Below are positions 15,520 to 28,530 of a stretch of DNA of 64,000 nt, piece by piece (position 1 is the stretch's first letter; every line of letters starts with the position of its first letter). Location: positions 7,167 to 71,166 of the forward strand of contig JBHPFV010000004.1 in the NCBI GenBank assembly GCA_042571705.1. Reading direction: 5' to 3'. The notes below the pieces were generated by a model, which was not told where the DNA came from, searched no databases, and saw only the letters and a program-made list of their open reading frames with translations. A program made the translations under genes and the position numbers. This DNA is from Candidatus Omnitrophota bacterium. Lineage in GTDB: Bacteria; Omnitrophota; Gorgyraeia; JAFGHF01.

Positions 15520-17607
15520 TTATTTGATCAGGGTATTGCCGACTACGAATGAGGCGAACACCACCGAGACCATCGACATCAATTTAATCAGAATATTCAA
15601 AGAAGGGCCGGCGGTGTCTTTGAATGGATCGCCGACCGTATCGCCGACTACGCTGGCTTTATGGGCCGCTGAACCCTTGCCGCCCAGGGCGCCGCCTTCA
15701 ATGTATTTTTTGGCATTATCCCAGGTGCCGCCGGCATTGGCCATCATCACCGCCAGGACAAACCCGCAGACCAAAGCACCGGTCAACAAACCCACCGCCG
15801 CCTCAACCCCCAGGCAGATCCCGGTCGCTATCGGGGCAATAATCGCTAAAAGTGAGGGCAGGATCATCTCTTTCTGCGCCGTAGCGGTAGCGATGTCTAC
15901 GCATTTGGCGCAATCGGCCTGAGCCTCACCGGCCATCAACCCTTTAATTTCCCTAAATTGCCGGCGTACCTCAACGACAATCTCGCTGGCTGCCCGGCCC
16001 ACTGAGCGCATGGTCAATGAAGAAAAAGCAAACGGCAGCATCCCGCCAATAAATAGCCCGACCAGAATCTTTGGATTCAAAAGCGATAATTGTAACTCTT
16101 TGCCCAGGATCATTACTTCGTTGCGGTAGGCGGCAATCAAGGCTAAGGCGGTTAAGGCCGCCGCGCCAATCGCAAAACCCTTACCTGTTGCCGCGGTAGT
16201 ATTGCCTAACGAATCCAAGGCATCAGTACGCTTCCTGACATATTCCGGTAACCCGGCCATCTGGGCGTTGCCCCCGGCATTATCCGCTACCGGCCCATAG
16301 GCGTCGGAAGCTAAAGTAATCCCCAGAGTAGAAAGCATCCCCACCGCGGCAATACCAACGCCGTAGAGCCCCTGGCTAAAATTAACCGCGCCTCCGGCAA
16401 AATAAAAACTGCCTAAAATAGCTGCCCCGACAACGAGAATCGGAACGATTGTCGATGCCATGCCGCAAGATAAACCGGCGATAATTACCGTTGCCGGTCC
16501 AGTTAAGGCCGCCGCGGCAACATTGCGGGTCGGGCCATATTTATCTGAGGTAAAGAATTCCGTGGATAGGCCGATTAAGATGCCGGCCGCCAATCCGGTA
16601 ACTACTGCCGCGTAAACGCCAATATGTTCCATGCCTAAAGTATGCTTAATCACAAAGAATGAAAGCACCGCCACCGAGCCGGCGGCGACAAATACCCCCC
16701 GGCGCAGGGCCTTCAGCAGCACTTCCTGGGAGGGTTCGCCTTTTGAGCGCACAAAGAAAGTGCCAATGATTGAAGAGACTACTCCTACCGCGGCCATGGT
16801 CATTGGCACTGTTACTCCAGCCAAGCCTAATCCCGCCACCGCGGCCAGGGCCATGGTCGCTACTATTGAACCGACATATGACTCATAAAGGTCAGCGCCC
16901 ATCCCGGCGATGTCCCCGACGTTGTCACCGACGTTGTCGGCGATTACCGCCGGATTTCGCGGGTCATCTTCAGGAATCCCGGCCTCGACCTTACCGACTA
17001 AATCCGCGCCCACATCGGCGGCCTTGGTAAAGATTCCACCGCCGACCCTGGCAAAAAGCGCCTGTAAAGAAGCGCCCATCTCAAAGGTCAGCATCGTCGA
17101 AGTAATCGCCCCGATCTTGTCCAGATGTAAAGGCAAAGGATGCGTAGAATAATACCAGTTTAAAACGTAATACCAGATACTCAAGTCGAGAAGCCCCAGA
17201 CCGACTACCACCAGGCCCATTACCGTGCCGCTGGAAAAACTGATCCTCAGCGCGCCGTTTAAGCCCTGGCTAGCCGCCTGCGCCGTGCGGGCCGAAGTCC
17301 GGGTGGCAATCCACATGCCGATATATCCGGCCAGCGCGGAAAAGAAGCCGCCGCTTAAGAAAGCAAACGGGACAAAAATAACCAGATATCCTTTACGGAC
17401 CATTAAAAATAGGAGTAGAAATACTACCAAAAAGAAGATCCCTACCCCGGTATATTGCCTCTTCAGATAGGCCAGGGAACCCTCTCTGACCCAAGCGGCA
17501 ATCTGCCGCATTTTATCGGTGCCTTCATCTTGCCGTAATATAAATCTAATTAAATATCCCGCGAATAAAAGCGCCATAATTGAACCCACAGGTGCCAGCC
17601 AAATCAA
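15520..17607 (-). CDS. hppA: Membrane-integral pyrophosphate-energised cation pump (K+-dependent subtype by motif)
   Basis: 695 aa, about 16 TM segments. Motifs: [23 protein letters not shown] (Ala where K+-independent enzymes carry Lys), [11 protein letters not shown]. Confidence 0.95.
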   Translation of the reverse strand: MIWLAPVGSIMALLFAGYLIRFILRQDEGTDKMRQIAAWVREGSLAYLKRQYTGVGIFFLVVFLLLFLMVRKGYLVIFVPFAFLSGGFFSALAGYIGMWIATRTSARTAQAASQGLNGALRISFSSGTVMGLVVVGLGLLDLSIWYYVLNWYYSTHPLPLHLDKIGAITSTMLTFEMGASLQALFARVGGGIFTKAADVGADLVGKVEAGIPEDDPRNPAVIADNVGDNVGDIAGMGADLYESYVGSIVATMALAAVAGLGLAGVTVPMTMAAVGVVSSIIGTFFVRSKGEPSQEVLLKALRRGVFVAAGSVAVLSFFVIKHTLGMEHIGVYAAVVTGLAAGILIGLSTEFFTSDKYGPTRNVAAAALTGPATVIIAGLSCGMASTIVPILVVGAAILGSFYFAGGAVNFSQGLYGVGIAAVGMLSTLGITLASDAYGPVADNAGGNAQMAGLPEYVRKRTDALDSLGNTTAATGKGFAIGAAALTALALIAAYRNEVMILGKELQLSLLNPKILVGLFIGGMLPFAFSSLTMRSVGRAASEIVVEVRRQFREIKGLMAGEAQADCAKCVDIATATAQKEMILPSLLAIIAPIATGICLGVEAAVGLLTGALVCGFVLAVMMANAGGTWDNAKKYIEGGALGGKGSAAHKASVVGDTVGDPFKDTAGPSLNILIKLMSMVSVVFASFVVGNTLIK

Positions 17608-17608
17608 A

Positions 17609-20133
<2,525 letters not shown>

Positions 20134-20138
20134 CTCAC

Positions 20139-21728
20139 TTATAGTTTGATCAGCTTGGCATCATATACATTTTTTGCTTTTTTGATTTTTTCTAAAATAT
20201 TTTTGGAGATGTCGCTGTCCACATTACAGACGCTAACCGCTTGTCCGCCGGCCTTCTCGCGGCCAAAAGTCATCTCGGCGATATTTATTTTGTTTTGACC
20301 TAAAATAGTCCCGATCTCTCCCACCACACCCGGTAAATCTTTATTGCGGATCACTAACATATGCCCGCCGGGATGGGCCTCGACATAAAACCTGTTGATT
20401 TGCACAATCCGCGGGTCAGATTTGCCAAACACCGTCCCGCAAACAGTTAATTCTTCCTTTTCGGTCTTCATTTCGACCGAAAGCAGGTTAGCGAAGTTCT
20501 TGACCTTTTCTGTCTTGGTCTCTTCAATACCGATCTTTCTCTCCTTGGCTAGTACGCAGGCATTAACGTAGTTAACCGTCTCGCCCATAAAAGGCTGTAA
20601 CATGCCCTTGACGCAAGCAATTGTAATCGGCGTGGTATCATAACTTCCGATATCACCCCGATATTCAATCTTTAACCGCGAGATCCGGCCTACGGAAAGT
20701 TGGCTTAATAGTGAACCCATCTTCTCAGCCAAAGTCACATATGGCTGAACAATCTCGGCCACTTCCGGAGTTAAGCAAGGGGCATTAACCGCGTTGCACA
20801 TCCCCCGGCCCAAAAGCGCATCACGCATTTGGGCGGCGATATCAATAGCCACATTAACCTGGGCCTCTTCTGTTGAGGCCCCCAGATGCGGCGTAGCGAT
20901 GACATTATCTATCTGCAGCAACGGGCTGGCCAACGGCGGCTCATGCTCAAAGACGTCTAAAGCGCAACCGGCAATCTTGCCGGATTTAAGGCCTTTAACC
21001 AGGGCCTGCTCATCAATGATCCCGCCGCGGGCGCAATTAACGATTCGCACCCCTGTTTTCATCGCCGCGATCTCTTTATCTGAAATCAAATGTTTTGTAT
21101 CCGCGGTTAACGGCGTATGCACAGTAAGATAATCCGCGCGCTTAAGCAGCTCACTTAACTTAACCGACTCGATCTTTAAGGCCTGGGCCTTCTCTAAAGC
21201 CAGGTAAGGGTCAAAGGCCAGGATCTTCATCCCGAAACTCAACGCCCGCTTGGCGACCTCAGTACCAATCCGGCCTAAGCCGATAATGCCTAAGTTCTTG
21301 CCGTAAATTTCAACTCCCATAAATTTTTTGCGATCCCACTTTCCGTCTTTTAAAGAATGGTGAGATTGGGAGATGTTGCGCGAAAGGGCCAAGATCATGC
21401 TGATGGTATGCTCGGCCGTAGAGATAGTGTTGCCCCCGGGGGCATTCATCACTACGATCCCCTTTCTGGAGGCAGCTTCCACATCCACGTTATCCAGGCC
21501 GACACCGGCCCGGCCGATAATCTTTAATTTTTTTGCCGCCTCAATAATATCTTTGGTGACCTTGGTGCTGCTGCGGACAATTAAACCCTCATAATCGCGA
21601 ATAGCCTTTTTTAATTCCTCAGGGCTCAAGCCGGTCTTAACATCAACTTGAATCGACTTAGCCGCCTGCAGAATCTTTAGCCCCTCCGGAGCCAACTTAT
21701 CACTGATCAAGACCTTCATTTCACTCAC
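20139..21728 (-). CDS. serA: D-3-phosphoglycerate dehydrogenase (long form with ASB + ACT domains)
   Basis: [33 protein letters not shown]. 529 aa. Confidence 0.9.
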   Translation of the reverse strand: MSEMKVLISDKLAPEGLKILQAAKSIQVDVKTGLSPEELKKAIRDYEGLIVRSSTKVTKDIIEAAKKLKIIGRAGVGLDNVDVEAASRKGIVVMNAPGGNTISTAEHTISMILALSRNISQSHHSLKDGKWDRKKFMGVEIYGKNLGIIGLGRIGTEVAKRALSFGMKILAFDPYLALEKAQALKIESVKLSELLKRADYLTVHTPLTADTKHLISDKEIAAMKTGVRIVNCARGGIIDEQALVKGLKSGKIAGCALDVFEHEPPLASPLLQIDNVIATPHLGASTEEAQVNVAIDIAAQMRDALLGRGMCNAVNAPCLTPEVAEIVQPYVTLAEKMGSLLSQLSVGRISRLKIEYRGDIGSYDTTPITIACVKGMLQPFMGETVNYVNACVLAKERKIGIEETKTEKVKNFANLLSVEMKTEKEELTVCGTVFGKSDPRIVQINRFYVEAHPGGHMLVIRNKDLPGVVGEIGTILGQNKINIAEMTFGREKAGGQAVSVCNVDSDISKNILEKIKKAKNVYDAKLIKL

Positions 21729-22816
21729 TCCTTATTATGTCCCAATTCTACCAGCGCCTTCTCCAGCACTGAAATTCCGAAGTTAAGATCCTCTTGTGTA
21801 ATGTGGCCCAGATGGGCTACGCGAATTACTTTTCCTTTTAGTTCGGCCTGGCCATTGGCAATGCTCACCCCATATTTGGTGCGCATTAATTTAACTAACG
21901 CCGTGCTGTCAATCCCATCCGGCACCAGCGCTGAGGTAACTACATTACAAAAAGTCTGAGCAAACAGCTTAAAACCCAGCGCCTGCAACGCCGCCCTGGT
22001 CGCCTCAGCCATTAGCTTGTGCCTTTTAATCACATTTTCTAACCCTTCGGTTCTAATTAAGTTCAGGGCCTCACGTAAGGCCACGATTAAGGATACAGCC
22101 GGAGTAAACGGTGTATCATTCTTGGCGAAAGACTTTTTGGCTTTTTTAAAATCAAAATAATATTTTGGCAGTTTAGATTGATCAAGCAGTTTTTCTGCCT
22201 TTCCACTTAAGGTGCAAAAACCTAAGCCCGGAGGCAGCATCATTGCTTTTTGCGAGCCGGCGACCGCGCAGTCAACATGCCAATTGTCAGTTTGTAATTC
22301 TTCGGCGCCTAAGCCGCTGATCGCGTCAACAACCAGGACTGCTGCAGTATCTTTAACAATCTGACCAATCGCCTGGATATCCGTCACTGCCCCGGTGGAG
22401 GTCTCGCATAAAGTGGTAAACACGGCCTTGGCGTCCTTGTGTTCGCTGAGTAAGCTTTTGATTTGCTCAGGCGAAACCGCCCGGCCCCATTCAACATTAA
22501 TCGCGATCACTTGCACGCCGCAAGCCGCGCAGATCTCCTGCCAGCGCTCGCCAAACTTACCGGCGCAAACCACGATCGCCTTATCTGTGGGTGAAAGCAG
22601 ATTGACCACCGCCGCTTCCATCACGCCTGTACCCGAAGCGGAGAAAGTAAACACCGGGCCTTTGGTCTGGAACAAATACTGCAACCCCTGGTTAACTTCG
22701 CCGAGTATCTGTTGAAATTCAGCAGTCCGGTGGTGGATGATCGGTTTCCCTAAGGCCTTAAGGACTGCCTCCGGTAAAGGCGTTGGCCCGGGAGTAAGTA
22801 AATACTTCTTTTGCAT
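21725..22816 (-). CDS. Class-V aminotransferase (serine-glyoxylate / phosphoserine aminotransferase type), coupled to serA
   Basis: LLTPGPTPLPEAV, GSQKAMMLPPG (PLP Lys). ATGA overlap with serA. Confidence 0.8.
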   Translation of the reverse strand: MQKKYLLTPGPTPLPEAVLKALGKPIIHHRTAEFQQILGEVNQGLQYLFQTKGPVFTFSASGTGVMEAAVVNLLSPTDKAIVVCAGKFGERWQEICAACGVQVIAINVEWGRAVSPEQIKSLLSEHKDAKAVFTTLCETSTGAVTDIQAIGQIVKDTAAVLVVDAISGLGAEELQTDNWHVDCAVAGSQKAMMLPPGLGFCTLSGKAEKLLDQSKLPKYYFDFKKAKKSFAKNDTPFTPAVSLIVALREALNLIRTEGLENVIKRHKLMAEATRAALQALGFKLFAQTFCNVVTSALVPDGIDSTALVKLMRTKYGVSIANGQAELKGKVIRVAHLGHITQEDLNFGISVLEKALVELGHNKE

Positions 22817-22836
22817 AATGACTCCTTTAAGCTTAT

Positions 22837-23454
22837 TTATTTTTTCTTCTTCTTAACGTTACTGGCTTGGATGACCTCGTCTACGAGACCGTAATTTTTG
22901 GCTTCCTCTGCGGACATAAAGAAATCGCGATCGCAATCCCGCTTAATCTTGTCTAAATCTTGGCCGGTGTGTTTAACTAAAATATCGTAGAGCTTATCAC
23001 GCATATTCAAGATCTCCTTAGCCTGGATACTAATATCCGCGGCCGCCCCCTGGACCCCGCCCCAGGGCTGATGAATCATCACCCGGGAATGCGGCAAGGC
23101 ATATCTTTTTCCTTTGGTGCCGGCGGCCAAGAGCACCGCCCCCATGCTGGTGGCCTGGCCCATACAGTAGGTAGAGACTTCCGGCTTTAGAAATTGCATA
23201 GTATCATAGATGGCCAGCCCGGAGGTAACGATCCCGCCGGGTGTATTAATGTAGACATTGATCTCTCGATCCGGGTCTTCCATTTGCAAGAATAACATTT
23301 GGGCAATCACCAGGTTGGCGATTACGTCGTTGATCGCGTCGCCAATAAAAATTATCCGGTCTTTGAGCAAACGTGAATAGATGTCGTATGCCCGCTCGCC
23401 TCTTGATGTAGTCTCGACTACTATTGGCACTAAGGCCTGCATCTTCTCATTCAT
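22837..23454 (-). CDS. clpP: ATP-dependent Clp protease proteolytic subunit
   Basis: [36 protein letters not shown] Lys-rich tail is present. Confidence 0.95.
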   Translation of the reverse strand: MNEKMQALVPIVVETTSRGERAYDIYSRLLKDRIIFIGDAINDVIANLVIAQMLFLQMEDPDREINVYINTPGGIVTSGLAIYDTMQFLKPEVSTYCMGQATSMGAVLLAAGTKGKRYALPHSRVMIHQPWGGVQGAAADISIQAKEILNMRDKLYDILVKHTGQDLDKIKRDCDRDFFMSAEEAKNYGLVDEVIQASNVKKKKK

Positions 23455-23470
23455 TTCCTACCCCCCTTTT

Positions 23471-24469
23471 TCATTCCTTAATCTCTGCCTCTTTCATTAA
23501 AAATGCCACGGTTTTGCCATCCCGGAGTTCCGCTTTAATCCCGCCTAATAAATTTTCTTTTTCCAGATAGGCCTGGACTTCATCTTTGCTCTTGCCGGTG
23601 TGTTGAGCTAAGCCTTCTATCCTGGCTTCCAAATCCTGCTGTTCGACCTGAATATTCTCTAGCTCGGCAATCTTATCGAGCATAAAAGACAGCTTTACTC
23701 TTTGTGCGGCTAAGGCTTGTGCCTGCTGTTGCAATTGCGTCTCCTTGGCTTGAATATCTTCCTCTTTCTCCCCGCGCAAAATACAATTCATTCTGATCTG
23801 CTTAAAGGTCTCCTGGGTTTGGGCTTTGACTAGAGACTCTGGGACATCTAAAGCAGCCCGCTTTAACAGCTGCTCCAGCAGCTGTCGTTCTAAATCTCTT
23901 TTTGCTTCCGCTTCGGCCTGAGCATTTAAGTTGTCCCGGACCACATCTTGCAAATGCGTCAAGGAATTAAAGCCCAGATCCTTGGCCAGCTGATCATCCA
24001 GCTTGGGGGGTTGTTGCTGATCTTTGGCTTTAGACGCTCTTAAGCGCTCCAGGGCCTGGTTGATTTGCTCCTGCGTAACGGCAATATTTTTTTTGGCCAA
24101 TTTTAATTTTTTATAAGACTTTATTTTGACCTCCGGCCGGACATCGACCTTGGCGCTAAACTTAAGCGAATCGTCTTGCAATTGCACATTTTCTATGTCC
24201 GGAGGCGCAACCGGAAAAAGTTCCTGTTGCTTGACCGCTAACATGTAATATTCTGGAATCGCCCGGCGCAATAGTTCTTCTTTGGCCTGGCCGCCGAAAC
24301 GCGTCTCAATCAAATCCCGCGGGGCCTTTCCCGGCCTAAACCCCGGGATCCGGGCGGATTTACGGATGTCGGCATAGACCCGCTCAAAACCCGCGCTTAA
24401 CTCAGTCCCGGAAATTTCAATATTAATTTGTTTCTGACAACCACTGATGTTTTTAACGTCGCACTTCAC
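23471..24469 (-). CDS. tig: Trigger factor lacking the central FKBP/PPIase domain
   Basis: N-terminal ribosome-binding signature GFRPGKAP plus a C-terminal helical arm domain. 332 aa, versus roughly 430 aa typically. Position is upstream of clpP. Confidence 0.8.
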   Translation of the reverse strand: MKCDVKNISGCQKQINIEISGTELSAGFERVYADIRKSARIPGFRPGKAPRDLIETRFGGQAKEELLRRAIPEYYMLAVKQQELFPVAPPDIENVQLQDDSLKFSAKVDVRPEVKIKSYKKLKLAKKNIAVTQEQINQALERLRASKAKDQQQPPKLDDQLAKDLGFNSLTHLQDVVRDNLNAQAEAEAKRDLERQLLEQLLKRAALDVPESLVKAQTQETFKQIRMNCILRGEKEEDIQAKETQLQQQAQALAAQRVKLSFMLDKIAELENIQVEQQDLEARIEGLAQHTGKSKDEVQAYLEKENLLGGIKAELRDGKTVAFLMKEAEIKE

Positions 24470-24495
24470 GTGGCCTCCATAAGTCTGGTCCTCAC

Positions 24496-25221
24496 TTACA
24501 TGTGGAATTTTTCACCTAAATAGATCTCTCTGGCCCGGGCATCGGTAATCAACTGTTTGGCCGTGCCGGAAATCAGGATCTTGCCCTCAGCCATAATGTA
24601 GGCCCGGTCGGTAATCGCCAATGTTTCGCGCACACTATGATCGGTAAGCAGCACCGCCAAGCCTTTACTTTTTAGAGAGTTAATTATTTCCTGGGTCTCA
24701 AATACGGCAATCGGATCGATCCCGCTAAAAGGCTCATCTAAAAGAATGAAGCTGGGATTAGTAGCTAAGGCCCGGGTGATCTCCAGACGCCTTCTTTCTC
24801 CTCCGGACAGAGTGTAGGCCTTATTTTTCGCTAAGTATGAGATATTTAATTCGGCTAAAAGTCTTTTTAGCCGGCGCGTTCTTTCTTTACGCGAAATATT
24901 TAAAGTCTCCAGTATCGACATAATATTATCTTCCACTGAGAGCTTACGAAAAACAGAGCTCTCCTGGGCCAGGTAACCGATGCCCCGGCGAGCCCGCTGA
25001 TACATCGGCAGGGCGCTAATCTCTTTATTGTGAAAGGTAATCTTACCTTGATCAGGAGTAATCGCGCCCACGATCATATAAAAGGTAGTGGTCTTACCGG
25101 CGCCGTTAGGCCCTAACAGGCCGACTACTTCGCCTTTTTGCACGTTGATATTCACATGGTTGACCACCCGGCGACCGCCATAAGCCTTAACTAATTCTTT
25201 GGTTTCCAGTAAGTATTTCAT
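24496..25221 (-). CDS. lptB: LPS export ABC transporter ATP-binding protein
   Basis: GLLGPNGAGKTTTFYMIVG, LSGGERRRLEI, LLDEPF.GIDP. Confidence 0.9.
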   Translation of the reverse strand: MKYLLETKELVKAYGGRRVVNHVNINVQKGEVVGLLGPNGAGKTTTFYMIVGAITPDQGKITFHNKEISALPMYQRARRGIGYLAQESSVFRKLSVEDNIMSILETLNISRKERTRRLKRLLAELNISYLAKNKAYTLSGGERRRLEITRALATNPSFILLDEPFSGIDPIAVFETQEIINSLKSKGLAVLLTDHSVRETLAITDRAYIMAEGKILISGTAKQLITDARAREIYLGEKFHM

Positions 25222-26162
25222 TGTCCCTCTTTAGCTCCGGACATTTGAGCCAAATCATCAGCAGAATAAATTACTAATTGCGGCTGACCGGTAAGCGTCA
25301 GTTTCCCGGTCCGGGTATCATAAACTGCCTTTTGGCTGTAGGTAGTATTCTCTCCGTGGTGAATCTGCACATCTCCCCAAGCTACTACCTTGTCGATGCC
25401 CACACCCTCCATGCCCGCGACTTGTTTGGCGGCATCAGCGGCAGAGTCTCCCGCGCCGAAATATACATCCATTTTATTAGAAAAGATCTCACCGCGCGCA
25501 TCCTGGACGTTAACATTGTCGTGAAAAATAGCCAAATTGTTTTGGTAATCTACATCTAAAGGGCCGTCGCAGGTAATCACTGTGCTGCTTGGCTGGCTGG
25601 CCTCCAAACCAGCAGACTCTTTTGCAAATGAGACTTCCACAGTCACGTCTTTTTTCAGGGCCACTTTCTGCAATTCCGGTTGCGCCATTAGGCCGACGCC
25701 CTTAGCCTGCATCACCCCTCTTTGAATCCAGACCGGGCTATCCGTGGCCATGGTCTGATTTTGGGCATTCCAATCCAGATAATCAGCGGTTAGCCTGGCG
25801 CCGTCATCGGAAGTAACTACGACATTCTTCTCCAGATGCACATTATTATCGGCCCGGTTTAAACTACCGGTCTCGGCCACAATATTCATATTGGTATCCT
25901 GACCATAAACTTTCGCTTTGACATTTTCTAATTTAATTTCCTGCGTCATAATATCGGCGCTGGTGCCTTCCAGGTCCCACTGGCGCATCCCGTTTTCCCC
26001 ATATCCGCTGACCGAAAAACTGGAAAGCATCTCATCCGGGGCCTCGGCTAAATCTTCTTGGTCGGTTTGATCTACCGGCTCAGCTTGATCTGCTTGGTCC
26101 GTCCCGGCGCAGCCCAGAGCCACAATGCTAATCAAGCAGAGAAATAGGAAAATTGGTCTCAC
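25218..26162 (-). CDS. OstA-fold protein occupying the lptC+lptA slot (putative LptC-LptA fusion lipoprotein)
   Basis: Signal plus LGC lipobox-like site, acidic DQ-rich linker, then two successive OstA-like beta-rich halves. It sits between kdsC and lptB. Confidence 0.55.
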   Translation of the reverse strand: MRPIFLFLCLISIVALGCAGTDQADQAEPVDQTDQEDLAEAPDEMLSSFSVSGYGENGMRQWDLEGTSADIMTQEIKLENVKAKVYGQDTNMNIVAETGSLNRADNNVHLEKNVVVTSDDGARLTADYLDWNAQNQTMATDSPVWIQRGVMQAKGVGLMAQPELQKVALKKDVTVEVSFAKESAGLEASQPSSTVITCDGPLDVDYQNNLAIFHDNVNVQDARGEIFSNKMDVYFGAGDSAADAAKQVAGMEGVGIDKVVAWGDVQIHHGENTTYSQKAVYDTRTGKLTLTGQPQLVIYSADDLAQMSGAKEGQ

Positions 26163-26684
26163 TTACCGCAAATATTTTTCAATCAACTTACGCCATTTAT
26201 TCTGCGCCCGCAAAATAATCTCAATAACCTCTCTGACCGCGCCTGCTCCACCCTTTTTTTTAGTGACATAATGGGCTAGTGTTTTAACCTCAGCACAGGC
26301 ATTAGCCACGGCCACGGCTAATCCGGCGCGCCTGATAACCGGCAAATCCAATAGATCGTCACCAATGAAGCAAGTATCTTCTTTGTTTAAATTATATTTC
26401 TTGAGCAACTGTTTAAAGGCCAGGGATTTATCGTGAGCACCCTGCTTGACCTCTACCGCGCCAATGTCACGGGCGCGGCGTAAGAGGGCCTTTGAGCTCT
26501 TGGCCGTAATTAAAGCCACTTTGATCTGAGTTCGCTTTAAAAGGGCCAGGCCCATGCCATCTAAGACGTGGAAGCATTTCAGCTGTTCACCCTGGCGATC
26601 ATAGATAATCCGGCCATCGGTGAGCACGCCGTCAACATCCAAAACCAGCATCTTGATCTTTTTCGCGCGGTCTCTAATATTCAT
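26163..26684 (-). CDS. kdsC: 3-deoxy-D-manno-octulosonate 8-phosphate phosphatase
   Basis: LDVDGVLTDGRIIY, GDDLLDLP. 173 aa. Confidence 0.85.
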   Translation of the reverse strand: MNIRDRAKKIKMLVLDVDGVLTDGRIIYDRQGEQLKCFHVLDGMGLALLKRTQIKVALITAKSSKALLRRARDIGAVEVKQGAHDKSLAFKQLLKKYNLNKEDTCFIGDDLLDLPVIRRAGLAVAVANACAEVKTLAHYVTKKKGGAGAVREVIEIILRAQNKWRKLIEKYLR

Positions 26685-26695
26685 CGCTTTTTGGT

Positions 26696-27661
26696 CTAAA
26701 CCAAACCAGCTTTCAACAGATCTTGTACGTCTAACAAACCAATCGGCCGGCCCTTTTTATCAACCACCGGCACCTCATCTATCTTTTTGCTTTGCATCAC
26801 ACCCAAGGCCTCAGCTGCCAGCCGTTCGCCCTCAATCAGTATCGGGGTTTTAGTCATTACTTCTTTTATCTTCCGCTGGGATAAATGCTCATCGTGTTCT
26901 AGGTGGCGGCGCAGGTCGCCATCGGTAAAGATACCGATTAAAGCGCCCTTTTTATTGACAATACACGCGGCTCCCGAGCGGGCCTTAGTAATCGCCAGGA
27001 GCACATCTTTAACTAAGGTATTTTCTTTAACAATCGGGTTGGTCTTGCCTTTGCGCATAATATCGGCGGTTTTCAGTAATAGCTTCTTGCCTAAATTCCC
27101 TCCGGGATGATAAAAAGCAAATTCTTCCTTCTTCAGCCCCTTCTTTTCCAAAACGGCTACGGAAAGGGCATCTCCCATAGCTAACATTACCGTGGTGCTG
27201 GCGGTAGGCACCAGGCCCAACGGACAGGCCTCCTCGCGCACGCTGACATCCAGGACAATATTGCTATTTTTGGCTAGCGTGGATCTGAGATTGCCAGTTA
27301 AACAGATCAGCTCAACCCCCATCTTCTTAATTGTCGGCAGCAGCCTTAAAATCTCTTCGGTCTCTCCGCTATTTGAAATAGCTAATACTACATCATCGCG
27401 GATCACCCGGCCTAAATCTCCGTGCAGCGCCTCAGCCGGATGCAGCCAAAGACTGGGCCGACCGATCGAAGACAAGGTCGCGGAGATCTTCTGGCCAATT
27501 ATCCCGCCCTTGCCCATACCGGTAACCACAATCCTGCCTTTACAGGAAAAGAGCAAATCCACCGCCTGTTGAAAGCTCTGATCAAGCCGCTGGCTCAAAC
27601 GGCGAATCGCTTCCGACTCAATTCTTAACACTTCTTTTGCCCGCTTAATTGACACAACCAC
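26696..27661 (-). CDS. kdsD: Arabinose 5-phosphate isomerase (SIS + tandem CBS)
   Basis: GRIVVTGMGKGG, ISNSGET.E, C-terminal CBS pair. Confidence 0.9.
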   Translation of the reverse strand: MVVSIKRAKEVLRIESEAIRRLSQRLDQSFQQAVDLLFSCKGRIVVTGMGKGGIIGQKISATLSSIGRPSLWLHPAEALHGDLGRVIRDDVVLAISNSGETEEILRLLPTIKKMGVELICLTGNLRSTLAKNSNIVLDVSVREEACPLGLVPTASTTVMLAMGDALSVAVLEKKGLKKEEFAFYHPGGNLGKKLLLKTADIMRKGKTNPIVKENTLVKDVLLAITKARSGAACIVNKKGALIGIFTDGDLRRHLEHDEHLSQRKIKEVMTKTPILIEGERLAAEALGVMQSKKIDEVPVVDKKGRPIGLLDVQDLLKAGLV

Positions 27662-27671
27662 CGCCTTTATT

Positions 27672-28517
27672 TTATCCCTTAAGACTTTTTACAATTTTAT
27701 CGATCGGCTTGACTTCTTTGAGCAGGTCCTCTAATTGGCGAAAATTAATCGAATTCGGACCGTCACATGGGGCCTGGGCAGGTTTAGGGTGCACTTCCAG
27801 GAACAGCCCGGCGCAGCCCACCGCTACCGCGGCCCGGGATAAAGATGAGATAAATTGCCGCTCGCCGCCCGATGCGCAGCCCCCGGCCCCGGGAAGTTGC
27901 ACGCTATGCGTGCCGTCAAAGATTACCGGCCAGCCATACCCAGCCAAAATACTTAACGACCGCATATCGCTGACTAAATTATTGTAACCAAAAGAACTGC
28001 CGCGTTCGGTGAGAATAATACTTTTATTGCCGGAGGAGGTCAGTTTCTTGAGTATATTTTTTACATCCCAGGGCGCTAAAAATTGGCCCTTCTTGATATT
28101 GATCGGTTTTTTTGTTTTGGCGCAAGCAATCAGCAAATCAGTCTGGCGTGATAAAAATGCCGGGATTTGAATAATATCTAAAACGTCGGACGCCTGCTCG
28201 ACTTCACTGCGGCAATGCACATCACTAATTACCGGCAAAGACAAGTCTTGCTTTATTTTTTTTAAAATTTCCAAGCCCGGCTTAATGCCCGGCCCGCGAT
28301 AGGAGCGCAAAGAGGAACGATTAGCTTTATCATAGCTGGATTTAAAGATCAGCGGGACATCCAGCTTTTGAGCAATTTTCTTTAACTGCCGGGCGCAATT
28401 AAAAGAAAACTTTTCTGTTTCGATCACGCAAGGCCCGGCAATCAGCACCAGCGGCCTGGCGTTGCTCAGTCTTATTTTTCCTATCCTGATTTCCTGTTTT
28501 CTTTTCATTATCATCAT
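27672..28517 (-). CDS. kdsA: 2-dehydro-3-deoxyphosphooctonate aldolase (Kdo8P synthase)
   Basis: LIAGPCVIE, FKSSYDKANRSS, QIPAFLSRQTDLL, FDGTHSVQ. Confidence 0.9.
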   Translation of the reverse strand: MMIMKRKQEIRIGKIRLSNARPLVLIAGPCVIETEKFSFNCARQLKKIAQKLDVPLIFKSSYDKANRSSLRSYRGPGIKPGLEILKKIKQDLSLPVISDVHCRSEVEQASDVLDIIQIPAFLSRQTDLLIACAKTKKPINIKKGQFLAPWDVKNILKKLTSSGNKSIILTERGSSFGYNNLVSDMRSLSILAGYGWPVIFDGTHSVQLPGAGGCASGGERQFISSLSRAAVAVGCAGLFLEVHPKPAQAPCDGPNSINFRQLEDLLKEVKPIDKIVKSLKG

Positions 28518-28530
28518 TACAACCTTTAAA

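Noticed and set aside
15524-17470. Series of 72-132-aa plus-strand ORFs inside hppA (15524-15922, 15624-15842, 16631-16888, 16770-17030, 16910-17152, 17225-17470)
   Set aside because: All are antisense to the pyrophosphatase. Their Pro/Arg/Ala-rich translations reflect the GC-rich Gly/Ala/Val codons of the real gene.
26035-26110. Imperfect DNA repeats (cttggtc / ttgatct) encoding DQADQAEPVDQTDQEDL in the LptC/A-like gene, considered as a tandem repeat or contingency locus
   Set aside because: The repeats are short and imperfect and are not in a regular unit. They are best explained as an acidic low-complexity linker after the lipoprotein signal.
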